This document shows positions 63,314 to 64,000 of a stretch of DNA of 64,000 bases, one piece after another. The stretch comes from an uncultured Bacteroidales bacterium. Its GTDB lineage: Bacteria > Bacteroidota > Bacteroidia > Bacteroidales > FEN-979. The position numbers were made by a program, and so were the translations under genes. Numbering within the stretch: position 1 is the stretch's first letter; each line of letters opens with the position of its first letter. The stretch covers positions 13,789 through 77,788 of the forward strand of contig CAIKNA010000035.1 in NCBI GenBank assembly GCA_903828645.1, read 5' to 3'. The notes beneath the pieces are model-generated. The model was given only the letters and a program-made list of their open reading frames with translations, made no database searches and was not told the DNA's origin.

Positions 63314-64000
63314 ATGATTTTTAATATTGAACAGGTAAGAGCTGACTTCCCGATCCTTCAGCAACAGATATACAACCGTCCCCTGGTCTACTTCGACAAT
63401 GCGGCTTCCACCCAAAAACCGCGCCAGGTAATTGATGCCATCAGGCAATATTACGAACACGACAACTGCAATATCCACCGTGGCGTGCATTACCTGAGCA
63501 TGAAAGCCACCGAGGCCTATGAAGAGGCACGCAGGGAGGTGCAGGAGTTTGTCCATGCCAAAAACACCTGCGAGATCATCTTCACCAAAGGAGCGACGGA
63601 ATCGCTGAACCTGGTTGCCTCCTCCTTTGGAAAACGATACATCAGGCCGGGCGATGAAATTGTGACTTCGATCATGGAACACCACTCCAACTTCGTTCCA
63701 TGGCAACAGATGTGTCTCGAACGCGGCGCCACTTTACGCGTGCTGGGAATCAATGAACACGGCGAACTTGACCTGGATGTATTGTCAGGGATGCTGAACG
63801 AAAAAACCCGGCTGATCGCCCTCACCCATGTCTCGAATGTCCTGGGAACCATCAACCCGGTGAAAGAGATCGTTACCCTGGCGCATCAGCATGATATACC
63901 CGTATTGCTCGACGGGGCACAGGGGGTTTCGCACCTGCCGGTGGATGTGCAGGAGCTCGACTGCGATTTCTATTGCTTCTCCGGGCATAAATTATACGCC
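63314..64000 (+). CDS. sufS: cysteine desulfurase SufS (group II), N-terminal 229 codons; continues beyond the window
   Basis: ATG at 63314, open to the end of the window. FPILQQQIYNRPLVYFDNAASTQKP, HRGVHYLS, MEHHSNFVPWQ, SNVLGTINP and SGHKLY (PLP lysine). Not in the ORF track because it has no stop. Confidence 0.9.
   Translation, partial: MIFNIEQVRADFPILQQQIYNRPLVYFDNAASTQKPRQVIDAIRQYYEHDNCNIHRGVHYLSMKATEAYEEARREVQEFVHAKNTCEIIFTKGATESLNLVASSFGKRYIRPGDEIVTSIMEHHSNFVPWQQMCLERGATLRVLGINEHGELDLDVLSGMLNEKTRLIALTHVSNVLGTINPVKEIVTLAHQHDIPVLLDGAQGVSHLPVDVQELDCDFYCFSGHKLYA

Noticed and set aside
63176-63855. Minus-strand ORFs 63176..63706, 63517..63855 and 63785..63988
   Set aside because: They are antisense to a clear sufS reading frame (HRGVH, SGHK motifs) that the ORF track omitted because it runs off the window end.
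1-64000. Mobile elements, prophage, integrases, defence islands, tRNA or rRNA genes
   Set aside because: No transposase, integrase or recombinase motifs, no terminal inverted repeats around gene blocks, and no tRNA-like GGTTCGAATCC or T-loop cloverleaf candidates were seen in intergenic regions. The non-coding gaps (16889-17062, 24385-24631, 34364-34599, 53635-53987) are too short or unstructured for rRNA.

Overview
This 64 kb window looks like a chromosomal segment of a Bacteroidota (Bacteroidetes) genome. All calls come from reading the sequence and recognising motifs by eye; no searches were run. The lineage call rests on four things: three large proteins ending in Por/T9SS C-terminal sorting domains, recurrent TAnnTTTG -7 promoter boxes, a Fibrobacter-type paralogous (FISUMP) domain protein, and an IPExxxVDY-family protein downstream of rnc.

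Most of the window is housekeeping. It contains mrdA-rodA, acpP-fabF-rnc, purN, pheS, dxs, rsmI, sufBCD with sufS, a DUF59/SufT-like gene, two M16 peptidases, a DEAD-box helicase and a histidine kinase/response regulator pair. I found no tRNA, rRNA, CRISPR array, transposase or integrase.

Two things stand out:
1. A tightly packed minus-strand operon at 4321-11484. It encodes a PqqD-like chaperone, an ATP-grasp ligase, a fold-type-III PLP decarboxylase, a urea-transporter-like/M23 peptidase fusion, a TPR plus beta-barrel outer-membrane protein, and a TPR protein. I cannot assign it to any characterised pathway. It looks like an envelope-spanning biosynthesis and export system.
2. Tandem heptanucleotide arrays fill many short intergenic spacers and abut stop codons.
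   - (ATTTACG)n occurs at five loci. Two copies form a 25-nt perfect inverted repeat bracketing the decarboxylase gene, and one copy forms an exact 21-nt spacer between the cyclophilin gene and pheS.
   - Other heptamer arrays are TGCATTT, GTCACNN and AATATCG.

Lesser observations:
- an orphan plus-strand intrinsic terminator that may mark a small RNA
- a Cys-bracketed module plus T9SS tail shared by two giant secreted proteins
- a split suf cluster
- an unlisted 33-aa lysine-rich ORF
- an AraC regulator with a heavy-metal-associated domain appended to mrdA-rodA

Gene starts were re-chosen where the ORF track ran upstream through repeats or non-ATG codons.
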